This document shows positions 56,825 to 64,000 of a DNA stretch of 64,000 nt, piece after piece (within the stretch, counting starts at the first letter, position 1; every line of letters begins with the position of its first letter). The notes below the pieces were generated by a model, which was not told the origin of the DNA, did no database searches, and saw only the letters and a list, made by a program, of their open reading frames with translations. The position numbers were made by a program, and so were the translations under genes. This DNA comes from Candidatus Thorarchaeota archaeon (GTDB lineage Archaea > Asgardarchaeota > Thorarchaeia > Thorarchaeales > Thorarchaeaceae), in contig JAGSHN010000012.1 in NCBI GenBank assembly GCA_029855935.1, positions 272,869 to 336,868 on the forward strand, given 5' to 3'.

Positions 56825-57895
56825 ATGCCGGCTGAAGAAAAGACCGAGAGTAGTGATTTGGAGAAGGCAATCGACAAGGTCAAGTCCGAGATAGCGTTGC
56901 TCAGGGATGACATTGACCCACTATCGACGCTTCCGGACATCGCAAAGAGTGTCGAGACTCTTGGCGAGTCCGTCGCCGCGCTTGACAAGAAGTTGGAGCC
57001 AGTCGCGAGAACGGATGACATCCTGAAGGCCCTGACCGACCTTGCAGGGATTGTGAGAGAGGTCCGAGAGCGGGTCGATTGGACGCCCATCGAGGAACGA
57101 ATCGCGGCCCTAGAGAAGCAGGTCCAACAGGTAGCTGAGCGTGTTGACACGTCCTCGGTGATGGAGAAGATCGATTCGGTCGAGAGGCAGGTCCAACAGG
57201 TAGCTGAGCGTGTTGACACGTCCTCGGTGATGGAGAAGATCGATTCGGTCGAGAAGCAGGTCCAACAGGTGGCTGAGCGTGTTGACACGTCCTCGGTGAT
57301 GGAGAAGATCGATTCGGTCGAGAAGCAGGTCCAACAGGTGGTTGGTCTTGAGGAGCGGCTCGATCGTCTGTCAGACATCTTCAATGAAACACGCGAGATT
57401 GTCAGTATCATCGTACAGCAGCTTGACGACATTGAGCGAAAGTACAACAAGGCCCTTGAGGAGGTCAAGAAGGCTCTTGCATTGACTGCTAAAGTGGCTC
57501 AGCAGGCGGCTCCCGCGGAGGTAGAAACGGCGCCAGCCGCGGCTGTAGCCCCCAAGAGGAAGCCAACGGCTGAGAAGGCCAAGACTGCTCGGAAAGGTGA
57601 GCCAGTACCTGAGAAGGAGATTCCTGCGACCATTGATACTATGATGGAGCATCTGCTGTCAAAGGTCACCCCTCATACTGAGGCAGCTGAGATGGCTCGC
57701 CTGCTGGAGGAAACGCGTGACCGGCTAACGGACCTGATAAAGGAACATACGCCCGTCATCTTTCAGTTTGGCAAGATGGCCCGTGAGTTGAAGTCGTATC
57801 CTCCCACAGCCACTCTCAATGAGAATGACATTGCCCGGCTCAACAAGGAGATAAGAGCGTGGGCTGCAAAGCTCAAGGAGATCGCCGAAGGATAG
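56825..57895 (+). CDS. Coiled-coil protein containing 69-nt (23-aa) near-identical tandem repeats
   Basis: 356 aa; repeated unit KQVQQVAERVDTSSVMEKIDSVE about 3.3 times, flanked by further coiled-coil sequence and an Ala/Pro/Lys-rich linker. Confidence 0.55.
   Translation: MPAEEKTESSDLEKAIDKVKSEIALLRDDIDPLSTLPDIAKSVETLGESVAALDKKLEPVARTDDILKALTDLAGIVREVRERVDWTPIEERIAALEKQVQQVAERVDTSSVMEKIDSVERQVQQVAERVDTSSVMEKIDSVEKQVQQVAERVDTSSVMEKIDSVEKQVQQVVGLEERLDRLSDIFNETREIVSIIVQQLDDIERKYNKALEEVKKALALTAKVAQQAAPAEVETAPAAAVAPKRKPTAEKAKTARKGEPVPEKEIPATIDTMMEHLLSKVTPHTEAAEMARLLEETRDRLTDLIKEHTPVIFQFGKMARELKSYPPTATLNENDIARLNKEIRAWAAKLKEIAEG
57113..57345 (+). repeat. Tandem direct repeat, 69-nt unit, about 3.3 copies, near-perfect
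   Basis: gagaagcaggtccaacaggtagctgagcgtgttgacacgtcctcggtgatggagaagatcgattcggtc recurs with only 1-3 substitutions per copy. Confidence 0.8.
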
Positions 57896-58079
57896 GATGA
57901 ATCTCGACTGCTATCTGTTGCTGGCAACAAATCAGATGGTCAGTCTATTTCCCCGATATGCACATAGATTTATCTCCACGCGTGCGGACTCAGCTCACGG
58001 CTCCGGCTTGGAGGCGTTTCGGCCGATAAGGTCCTGTCCCCAACCAAACTAGACCAGTTGAACGTGAGTTGAGTGACGT

Positions 58080-58880
58080 ATGCATCTACACGATAGCGCT
58101 GAAAAACTTGCGAAGCGGGTTCACCTGCTTGATCCAGCAGCCGACCTGCAGCTTGTGCGGGAGATTGTTGAGCTCCACGAGGCCAAGTGCACACGCTGTC
58201 AGGAGGATCGCCTGAGTTGCACGGTCCGGCCCTCGTGCAAGGATCGCAACTTCTTGAACGCGTTGATAGAGGTCGGTATCAATCCGTCCGTTGACCTCGA
58301 CTTCTGCTACTCTCAGCATCTGAATCAGCTCCGCCGGTTCGTGCTTGAGGGCAAGGGTCGTCAGATGTTTGACCGACGTGTGCCCATCAGGGACCTGCTG
58401 TCCAGTTTCAAGTTCAGCTCAATCCGTCAGTTCACGACACAGATGACAAAGCGTTGGCGTCGTCATGCCAGAATCCGTCATGGCGACCTACTGCTCATTG
58501 GCGGGGACGACATCCTCTTCCACTTTGACTTCTCACGTGGAATCGTTGAGGTCAATCCTTGGGATGTCGAGGTTCGAGACTATGTCCTGTTTGACCAGTA
58601 CGTGCGCCTGCTTAGCAGTCTGTACGGAATTGAGGCAGAGAGCTTTGATGCGACGCTGAACTGGTGGATACTGTCTATCAATCTTGGCCCCACGGGTGGA
58701 CCTATCGCTGACGAAGTGCTTGCCCATGAGGTGGTGTCAGAATTCGAGGCTGTTCACAAGACAGCGGACGAGGACTCGGTCGTTCTTCAGGCCGAAGTGG
58801 TGCTCAGAGAGGAATCCCGGTCAATCCGGGTTGGGGCCATTCGTACCCTGTTCGCTCTGCTGGCAAACAGTGGGGGCTGA
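58080..58880 (+). CDS. Hypothetical protein
   Basis: 266-aa ORF; N-terminal CTRCQ...C...C cluster; no family recognised. Confidence 0.4.
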   Translation: MHLHDSAEKLAKRVHLLDPAADLQLVREIVELHEAKCTRCQEDRLSCTVRPSCKDRNFLNALIEVGINPSVDLDFCYSQHLNQLRRFVLEGKGRQMFDRRVPIRDLLSSFKFSSIRQFTTQMTKRWRRHARIRHGDLLLIGGDDILFHFDFSRGIVEVNPWDVEVRDYVLFDQYVRLLSSLYGIEAESFDATLNWWILSINLGPTGGPIADEVLAHEVVSEFEAVHKTADEDSVVLQAEVVLREESRSIRVGAIRTLFALLANSGG

Positions 58881-58936
58881 GGGGGGACTGCTCTCAACGT
58901 GATACATACTGGAGTACGGCGGCGAGGTGGAACTGA

Positions 58937-61900
58937 ATGAGTGAGGCGAAGTCGGTACGTGCTGTCATTCCTGTCATAATGGAGAACCTGCATCTCACAG
59001 AGACCGATGCCCACGTCATACTCCCAATCATCATCGGAGGGAACATGACTGTCGGTGCAATCACGCTGGTCTCTGGTCTGTCCAAGACTAAAGTGGAGAG
59101 GTCATTGAAACGCCTGATCGAACGCGGGCTAGTGGCCGAGGTGAAGGGAGTAGTGCCCGTGTATCGGGCCCTCCCCCTGAGTCTCGCCCTGTCGGACCTG
59201 TTCACAGGGACCATCACACAGCTTGATGAACTCGTGGACAAGATTGCAGGGACCATCGATGAGGGCCTTGCAGCGATGGACTCGGCCAATACCGAGATGC
59301 GGGACGCACGGCGGGAACGGATGTCACTGTTACACAGTGCGTTCGAGTCTTACGAGCGCAATGTACTCGAGCATATCCGTCTCCAGCTGCAGAACATGTT
59401 TGACTCCTCCCAGCAGGTCCTCTCCTCGTTCTTCGTCTCGTTGGAGTCGACTGTGAAGGGGCTGGAGTCCCAGCTCGATATTGACTTGGGCGAGGAGCTG
59501 CAGTCTCTTCAGCACGAGTTGGATGCGGTCTACTCCGAGATCTCCTCGCTCTTGGCACGGTTCAGTGAGGAGTTTGACATCGAACTCGACGAGGCGATGG
59601 GGGCCTCAACAGAATATATGCAGCGCCTCACTATCAGGGCCGGCACTCTGGTCGAGCAGGTACGGGAGTCCCTGCAGTCAGTACTGAGTCTCTTGGAGGA
59701 ACGCCTTCAGTCCTTGCTCTCTGAAACACTGAAGAGCGTGTCTACCCGCTCCACCGCGTCGGCCAATAGGGCCGTTGAAACTCTCCAGTCCGCGTCAAGC
59801 GAGCTGAAGAGTGCAGTCGATGACATGATTTCCTCTCTCAGTGATCTCTACGTCCGTACGCGTGAGATCTTGGCCCAGAGCATCCAAGACGCCCGGAGTC
59901 AGAACGAGGAGCACGCGGCACTGATTTCCTCTCGGATTCGGGAGGCCGCAGAAACAGCCGGGCTGCTACGCAGGGATGTCGACGCGTGGAAGGCAGAGGT
60001 GTCTGCTCTTATCGAGAGCGCTGCCAACACAATCAACACTCATCTCCAGCAGCTCTCTGCCAACGATGCGTCTTACCTGAACACCGTTGAGAACGTGATA
60101 ACATCTCATCTTGAGAAGGTCTCCGCGGCCGTTTCCGAGGAATACAAGGGGGTTCGCAACGTACTCTCTACGATCCGCGATGAGGTCACGGGTCACTTGG
60201 CGCGTTCACGTAGTGAGGTGGTCCAGCTTCTTCAGAAACAGAACGAGGCAGATCTGGCCCGTGTAGAGCAGGCCCGTCAGAAACTTCTGTCGGAATTGGA
60301 GCAAGGGGTAGACAAGACTCGAAATACGCTGCGGAAACAGATACAGGCCGCGGCAAGAGATGTAGAGTCTGTCCTGCATACTGAGACGGGCGAGCTGCGG
60401 TCGCTACTTGAGAATATGGACAGTCGTGTCCAGTCTGCATTCACGTCTGTCATATCCGCGGCGAAGACCAAGAGCAAGAGCATTCTCTCCGAGGCAGAGG
60501 AGCTGGCCCAGGCATTCGAGGGATCGCTTCAGGTGCAGCTTGCGGAGATTCTCAACGAGTTCTCCTCCAAGTTCGAGCAGCAGGTGCAGGAGACCAAGGC
60601 TCTATTCGAAACCATCAATTCCAAGCTCGATGAGCGCTTCGCCGAGGGAGTATCGACGGTCAAGTCACACGTCGAGCGTGTCGAAACAGAGATCGAGGAG
60701 GCACTGGCCGATCAGATATCTCGGATCGACCGACAGACTCAGGACATCCGTCAGGAGTTTCACGCCCAAGTCGAGGAGATCACGCAGCAGTTCATCTCCC
60801 TCGTTCAGGGGCTTGAGGCGTCATTCAACGGATTCCTGACGAACCAGACGATGGAGGCCCGTGATATGATCCAGTCGACACACACGTCGTTCAGAGCGGC
60901 CGTCCGACGGGAGATGAGCTCCCTACGCGAGGACTCGTTGAAGCTGCAGCAGGAGTACGCTTCCACAATGGCGCAGAGGCTGGAGGAGCTGATCGCCTCG
61001 GTGGCAGCGGCTAAGCGTGCAATGGAGGAGCTCGCTGCATCGAGGCAGGAGCAGGTGTCGAACGGCCTCCGGCACACACTTGGTCTAATCGGTCAGACAC
61101 TTGACGGAATCGAACAGGGTCTCGAGGAGATAAGGGGCGGCACCTTCAAGCAGATCAGCGATAGCCTCCTCCAGATGGCTCGCGAGTTTGACGCCTCTGT
61201 CGAGAGCGCGACCGCAATTGTCACAGAACGTCTTACTGGTGCTCAGAAGACAGTCCTGACGACACTGAGACGGGGTGTGACTTCGGCCAAGAATACCACA
61301 GAGGCCTTCTTCTCGGAGGAAACCGGGGCGCGTCAGAAGATGCTGGCTGAGGCGAGTAAGAAGCTGGACGCTCTCTCCGCAGTCCTTTCCTCAGAGCTCT
61401 CGGAGAAGCTGGACGCCCACGCGGTTGCTCTTGGCGACCGAGAGTCCGAGCTGGTCCGCCTGCGGAATGCTCTGCGCGAGGAGAGTCTGTCTGCAATCCG
61501 GGAGCGTCGCTCCGAGGCTGCAGAGTCAATCGAGGGGGCAATTGCTTGGGTCGACTCAACAATGAACAACATCGCGTCCTCCCTTGAGGCAACGGGCGAC
61601 AGTCTCGACAATGGTATCTCTGTCGTTGAGCATCAGCTGGTCAAGGCATCGTCGAGTATATCCAAAGAGGTCCTCGACAAGAGCAGTGAGCAGATCAATC
61701 GCATTGAGAGTGTGTTTCTCGATCTGCTCAAACAGATACAGACATCCTATGGTGAGCGCGTCACAGAGTTCTCCGAGGAGGGTCTTGAGCAGGTTGCACG
61801 TTCTCTCGAGGGCATCGAGGCCTTCCGTTCCGAGTGTGCAACCCTCCTCAAGGAGGTCGAGGAGAGCACCCCGTTGAGTGTTGATGAGGTCAACTCTGAG

Positions 61901-62839
61901 ATTGCCGGACGCCTCGATGCAATCGCATCCGAGATGAGTAGTGCTGTTGACGGCCTTCTGTCGGAGCACAAGACGGCAACAGTCCAGCTAAAGAGTACCC
62001 TCCAGGAGTCTCGTGACCGAATGATTGAGACCATCAAGGGATCTGTTTCGACGGCCAATGTTGGAGTTTCCACACACTTCGAGTCTGCTGGTCTTGCTCT
62101 CAAGACCCGCCTCAGTAGCGACATCTACTCGGTCCTTGAGGAGCTGCGTAACGAGCTGGCCACGCAGGGTGAGATTCTCGCCGCAGCCGTTTCTGAGTCC
62201 ACAAAGATGGTGGGTGATGCAATGACGGAACTGAGGGACAAGAGGGCCGAGATTCTCAGCGAGCTCGAATCTGAGTTTGACCGATCGCTGAAGAACTGGC
62301 TGTCCTCCGCGCGCGACGAGCTTGGGACGCTCAAGACATCAATGGACGGGACCGTTGAGCGTCTGAGGGCCGTCACCAAGAACACTCTCGATGTGGTCAG
62401 AGCGGTCGCCACAGCCAGCCACCTCATTGCTGAGTCGTCGCGTGTTTCGACTTGGTATCTCACAGGGGCCAGTGAGACGTGTGCGCACATTATGGATATG
62501 GCGGCCCGTGCCACGTCATCCATCGTGATCTCTGTCCCAGACCCATCATGCCTGAAGGTGCGCCGGCTGTCGAAGGCAAAGAAGGCGACACGGCGCGTGC
62601 TGATTCTCCCGCCGCCCGAGGATCCCGAGGCCAAGTTCAAGCCTCCCGCAGGCTGGAGAGTCTGGTATGTAGAATCTCCCCCCTATCTCGCCGTGAGGGA
62701 CGATGAGGAGATAGTTGTCGGAGGGATTGGTGATGCAGACACACCCTTCGCTGTCGTTTCTGTGGACAGAGCGTTCTTGAAGATGTATCACGACATCTTG
62801 GGTCCACAACTCGTCAGCCTTGGGAAGAGGGAAGGGTGA
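58937..62839 (+). CDS. Giant (1300 aa) coiled-coil protein with N-terminal winged-helix (TrmB-like) domain and small globular C-terminal domain
   Basis: N-terminal ILPIIIGGNMTVGAITLVSGLSKTKVERSLKRLIERGLVAEVKG (wHTH). About 1000 aa of uninterrupted E/Q/L/S/A-rich heptad-like sequence. C-terminal roughly 150 aa non-coiled. No Walker motifs. Confidence 0.6.
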   Translation: MSEAKSVRAVIPVIMENLHLTETDAHVILPIIIGGNMTVGAITLVSGLSKTKVERSLKRLIERGLVAEVKGVVPVYRALPLSLALSDLFTGTITQLDELVDKIAGTIDEGLAAMDSANTEMRDARRERMSLLHSAFESYERNVLEHIRLQLQNMFDSSQQVLSSFFVSLESTVKGLESQLDIDLGEELQSLQHELDAVYSEISSLLARFSEEFDIELDEAMGASTEYMQRLTIRAGTLVEQVRESLQSVLSLLEERLQSLLSETLKSVSTRSTASANRAVETLQSASSELKSAVDDMISSLSDLYVRTREILAQSIQDARSQNEEHAALISSRIREAAETAGLLRRDVDAWKAEVSALIESAANTINTHLQQLSANDASYLNTVENVITSHLEKVSAAVSEEYKGVRNVLSTIRDEVTGHLARSRSEVVQLLQKQNEADLARVEQARQKLLSELEQGVDKTRNTLRKQIQAAARDVESVLHTETGELRSLLENMDSRVQSAFTSVISAAKTKSKSILSEAEELAQAFEGSLQVQLAEILNEFSSKFEQQVQETKALFETINSKLDERFAEGVSTVKSHVERVETEIEEALADQISRIDRQTQDIRQEFHAQVEEITQQFISLVQGLEASFNGFLTNQTMEARDMIQSTHTSFRAAVRREMSSLREDSLKLQQEYASTMAQRLEELIASVAAAKRAMEELAASRQEQVSNGLRHTLGLIGQTLDGIEQGLEEIRGGTFKQISDSLLQMAREFDASVESATAIVTERLTGAQKTVLTTLRRGVTSAKNTTEAFFSEETGARQKMLAEASKKLDALSAVLSSELSEKLDAHAVALGDRESELVRLRNALREESLSAIRERRSEAAESIEGAIAWVDSTMNNIASSLEATGDSLDNGISVVEHQLVKASSSISKEVLDKSSEQINRIESVFLDLLKQIQTSYGERVTEFSEEGLEQVARSLEGIEAFRSECATLLKEVEESTPLSVDEVNSEIAGRLDAIASEMSSAVDGLLSEHKTATVQLKSTLQESRDRMIETIKGSVSTANVGVSTHFESAGLALKTRLSSDIYSVLEELRNELATQGEILAAAVSESTKMVGDAMTELRDKRAEILSELESEFDRSLKNWLSSARDELGTLKTSMDGTVERLRAVTKNTLDVVRAVATASHLIAESSRVSTWYLTGASETCAHIMDMAARATSSIVISVPDPSCLKVRRLSKAKKATRRVLILPPPEDPEAKFKPPAGWRVWYVESPPYLAVRDDEEIVVGGIGDADTPFAVVSVDRAFLKMYHDILGPQLVSLGKREG

Positions 62840-63296
62840 TCCTGTATCGAATTGCGTCTTCATCGCCGTAGTACAGGGGAATCCGGTCGCAGGGCACCAT
62901 CCCCATCTTGGCGTAGAGCAGTCTCGCCGCACTGTTACTCTCGCGAACCTCCAGTTCGCAGGTGACAACACCGATTGCTCTCATATCTTCCAGTGCGTGT
63001 CTCATCAGGCGCTCCCCGATTCCCCTTCGCCTGAAACTCTTGTCCACCGCAATATTGAGTATCCGACCGCGGTGCTGTGAAGGGCTGTCCTCCCATATGA
63101 TGAATCCGACGACTTGCCTATCGACCTGCGCCACAAGGGCCACCAGGCGCTCAGACGACCTCAGCAGGGTGTAGCCTCTCATCCTGCCAAGCTCCTCAAA
63201 GATGTCGCGGGTCCAGGGCCTGGGAAACGAGCTCCTCTCTATTGTGTAGACCGCCGCCACGTCCTCTGAGGTGAGTGGCCGAATCGTGAGCTTCAA
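62814..63296 (-). CDS. rimI: GNAT N-acetyltransferase (RimI-like)
   Basis: 160 aa; GNAT motif A QHRGRILNIAVDKSFRRRGIGERLM and the overall RimI pattern. Confidence 0.8.
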   Translation of the reverse strand: MKLTIRPLTSEDVAAVYTIERSSFPRPWTRDIFEELGRMRGYTLLRSSERLVALVAQVDRQVVGFIIWEDSPSQHRGRILNIAVDKSFRRRGIGERLMRHALEDMRAIGVVTCELEVRESNSAARLLYAKMGMVPCDRIPLYYGDEDAIRYRITLPSSQG

Positions 63297-63306
63297 TGCA
63301 GACGCC

Positions 63307-63651
63307 TCACGTGAGACTGTGACCGCAATATGGACAGAACAGAGCGTCCTCAGGCAGAGCTCTGCCGCAGACGGGGCAGACTCTCTCGGTAGACGGAATC
63401 GGCGGGTTGAACATACTCACGGTCTCGAACGAACGCCAGGCCAGCCAGACCGACAGAATGACCATAAGGAGCATAATGCCAGCCAACGCCACGACCATAG
63501 CGACCGGGACGTTCTCTCCTACTATTCCAAACGGGAAGACTATGATGACCCCGCTTCCGGAGTTCACAGTGAGAATCACAAGTCCGGTGGCGATAAGGAC
63601 TAGGCCGAGCCCGCAGAGAAGATCCGCCCTGTGGCTCGTCCCGACACTCAA
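63307..63651 (-). CDS. Small membrane protein with N-terminal double zinc ribbon
   Basis: 114 aa; one predicted TM helix (GLVLIATGLVILTV) and N-terminal CPVCGRALPEDALFCPYCGHS. Confidence 0.45.
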   Translation of the reverse strand: MSVGTSHRADLLCGLGLVLIATGLVILTVNSGSGVIIVFPFGIVGENVPVAMVVALAGIMLLMVILSVWLAWRSFETVSMFNPPIPSTERVCPVCGRALPEDALFCPYCGHSLT

Positions 63652-63653
63652 GT

Positions 63654-63980
63654 CTATATCATCCCTCGCTCCTTCAGTTGTGCGACGATACTGGCGTATC
63701 TCTCGTCGTTGCTAATCATCTCGTTGACTGCCTGTTCTTGCATATGGGTACCAGGCAAGACCTTTACGCGAATAGTGTGGTCCGGAAATTTCTCCTCGAG
63801 CTTATGTCTGATGAGAACCCCGATGAGACCGCCCATCGGGCAGTAAGCGGCAGTAGGCTTGAATACAACGCTGATGATTCCATCGTCAACACGCACATAC
63901 TCGGGTCGTACTATGCCTACTCGGGGGTCGGTCACCGGGATCGGTATCTCCGGATCTGTGACCTCCTGCAACACTTCCAT
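63654..63980 (-). CDS. DUF59/MIP18-family Fe-S assembly-associated protein
   Basis: 108 aa; LQEVTDPEIPIPVTDPRVGIV...KPTAAYCPMGGLIG fits the DUF59 pattern (V.DPE....LGLV...T.T.P.CP). The frame stays open to the window edge, so the true start could lie beyond 64000. Confidence 0.6.
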   Translation of the reverse strand: MEVLQEVTDPEIPIPVTDPRVGIVRPEYVRVDDGIISVVFKPTAAYCPMGGLIGVLIRHKLEEKFPDHTIRVKVLPGTHMQEQAVNEMISNDERYASIVAQLKERGMI

Positions 63981-64000
63981 GACCTGCTCGACAGTTGTCA

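Noticed and set aside
56722-57468. 248-aa minus-strand ORF with repeated TCWTCFSTESIFSITEDVSTRSA peptides
   Set aside because: It is the antisense reading of the 69-nt tandem repeats inside the plus-strand coiled-coil gene. The repetitiveness is inherited from the repeat and gives no independent coding evidence.
61233-61969. Several minus-strand ORFs (92-137 aa) inside the giant coiled-coil gene
   Set aside because: Antisense to a continuous 1300-aa plus-strand ORF with consistent coiled-coil periodicity; no independent support.
1-64000. CRISPR arrays, rRNA or tRNA genes
   Set aside because: No regularly spaced direct repeats with spacers were seen. Intergenic regions are short and contain no recognisable cloverleaf-length conserved segments. 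tRNAscan/Infernal would be needed to exclude small RNAs fully.

Overview
This is a 64 kb, roughly 57-58% GC window of what looks like an archaeal chromosome, densely coding on both strands. There are no rRNA or tRNA genes and no CRISPR arrays.

The archaeal assignment rests on these clear calls:
- archaeosine tRNA-guanine transglycosylase (arcTGT)
- 20S proteasome alpha subunit
- DTD2-type D-aminoacyl-tRNA deacylase
- class III ribonucleotide reductase (NrdD) with its NrdG-like activase
- family-B DNA polymerase paralog
- aEF-2-like GTPase
- a likely tetraether-synthase-like radical SAM enzyme
- geranylgeranyl-PP synthase fragment

Other recognisable genes include HflX, a complete ABC uptake system (binding protein, permease, ATPase), LarC, PhzF, SpeA plus an HDAC-type amidohydrolase, an archaeal short thymidylate synthase (ThyA), a RimK-family ATP-grasp ligase, a RimI acetyltransferase, a PAS histidine kinase, and several winged-helix and Lrp-type regulators.

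The most interesting regions are:
1. About 25.9-28.9 kb: two Ras/Rab-like small GTPases flanking a WD40 propeller protein, followed by a Roadblock/LC7 protein. Downstream are a thioredoxin-like protein, two KaiC-like ATPases and a large alpha-helical protein. This is a eukaryote-signature module reminiscent of Asgard archaea.
2. About 15.7-21.5 kb: a MetF-like gene, two MtrH-like genes, a soluble MtrA-like gene, an ASKHA ATPase and a CofE-like gene. It looks like a stand-alone corrinoid methyl-transfer cassette without the membrane Mtr subunits.
3. 41.6-44.2 kb: a TusA, DsrE-like, IscS, IscU-fusion operon in which the IscS has Asp in place of the PLP-binding Lys.
4. 33.1-35.2 kb: an EF-2 paralog lacking the diphthamide histidine.
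5. 23.0-25.3 kb: a PolB paralog with degenerate motifs B and C.
6. 54.5-62.8 kb: three coiled-coil proteins, one carrying 69-nt tandem repeats and one a 1300-aa giant with an N-terminal winged helix.

All calls come from reading motifs in the translated ORFs; no database searches were possible.
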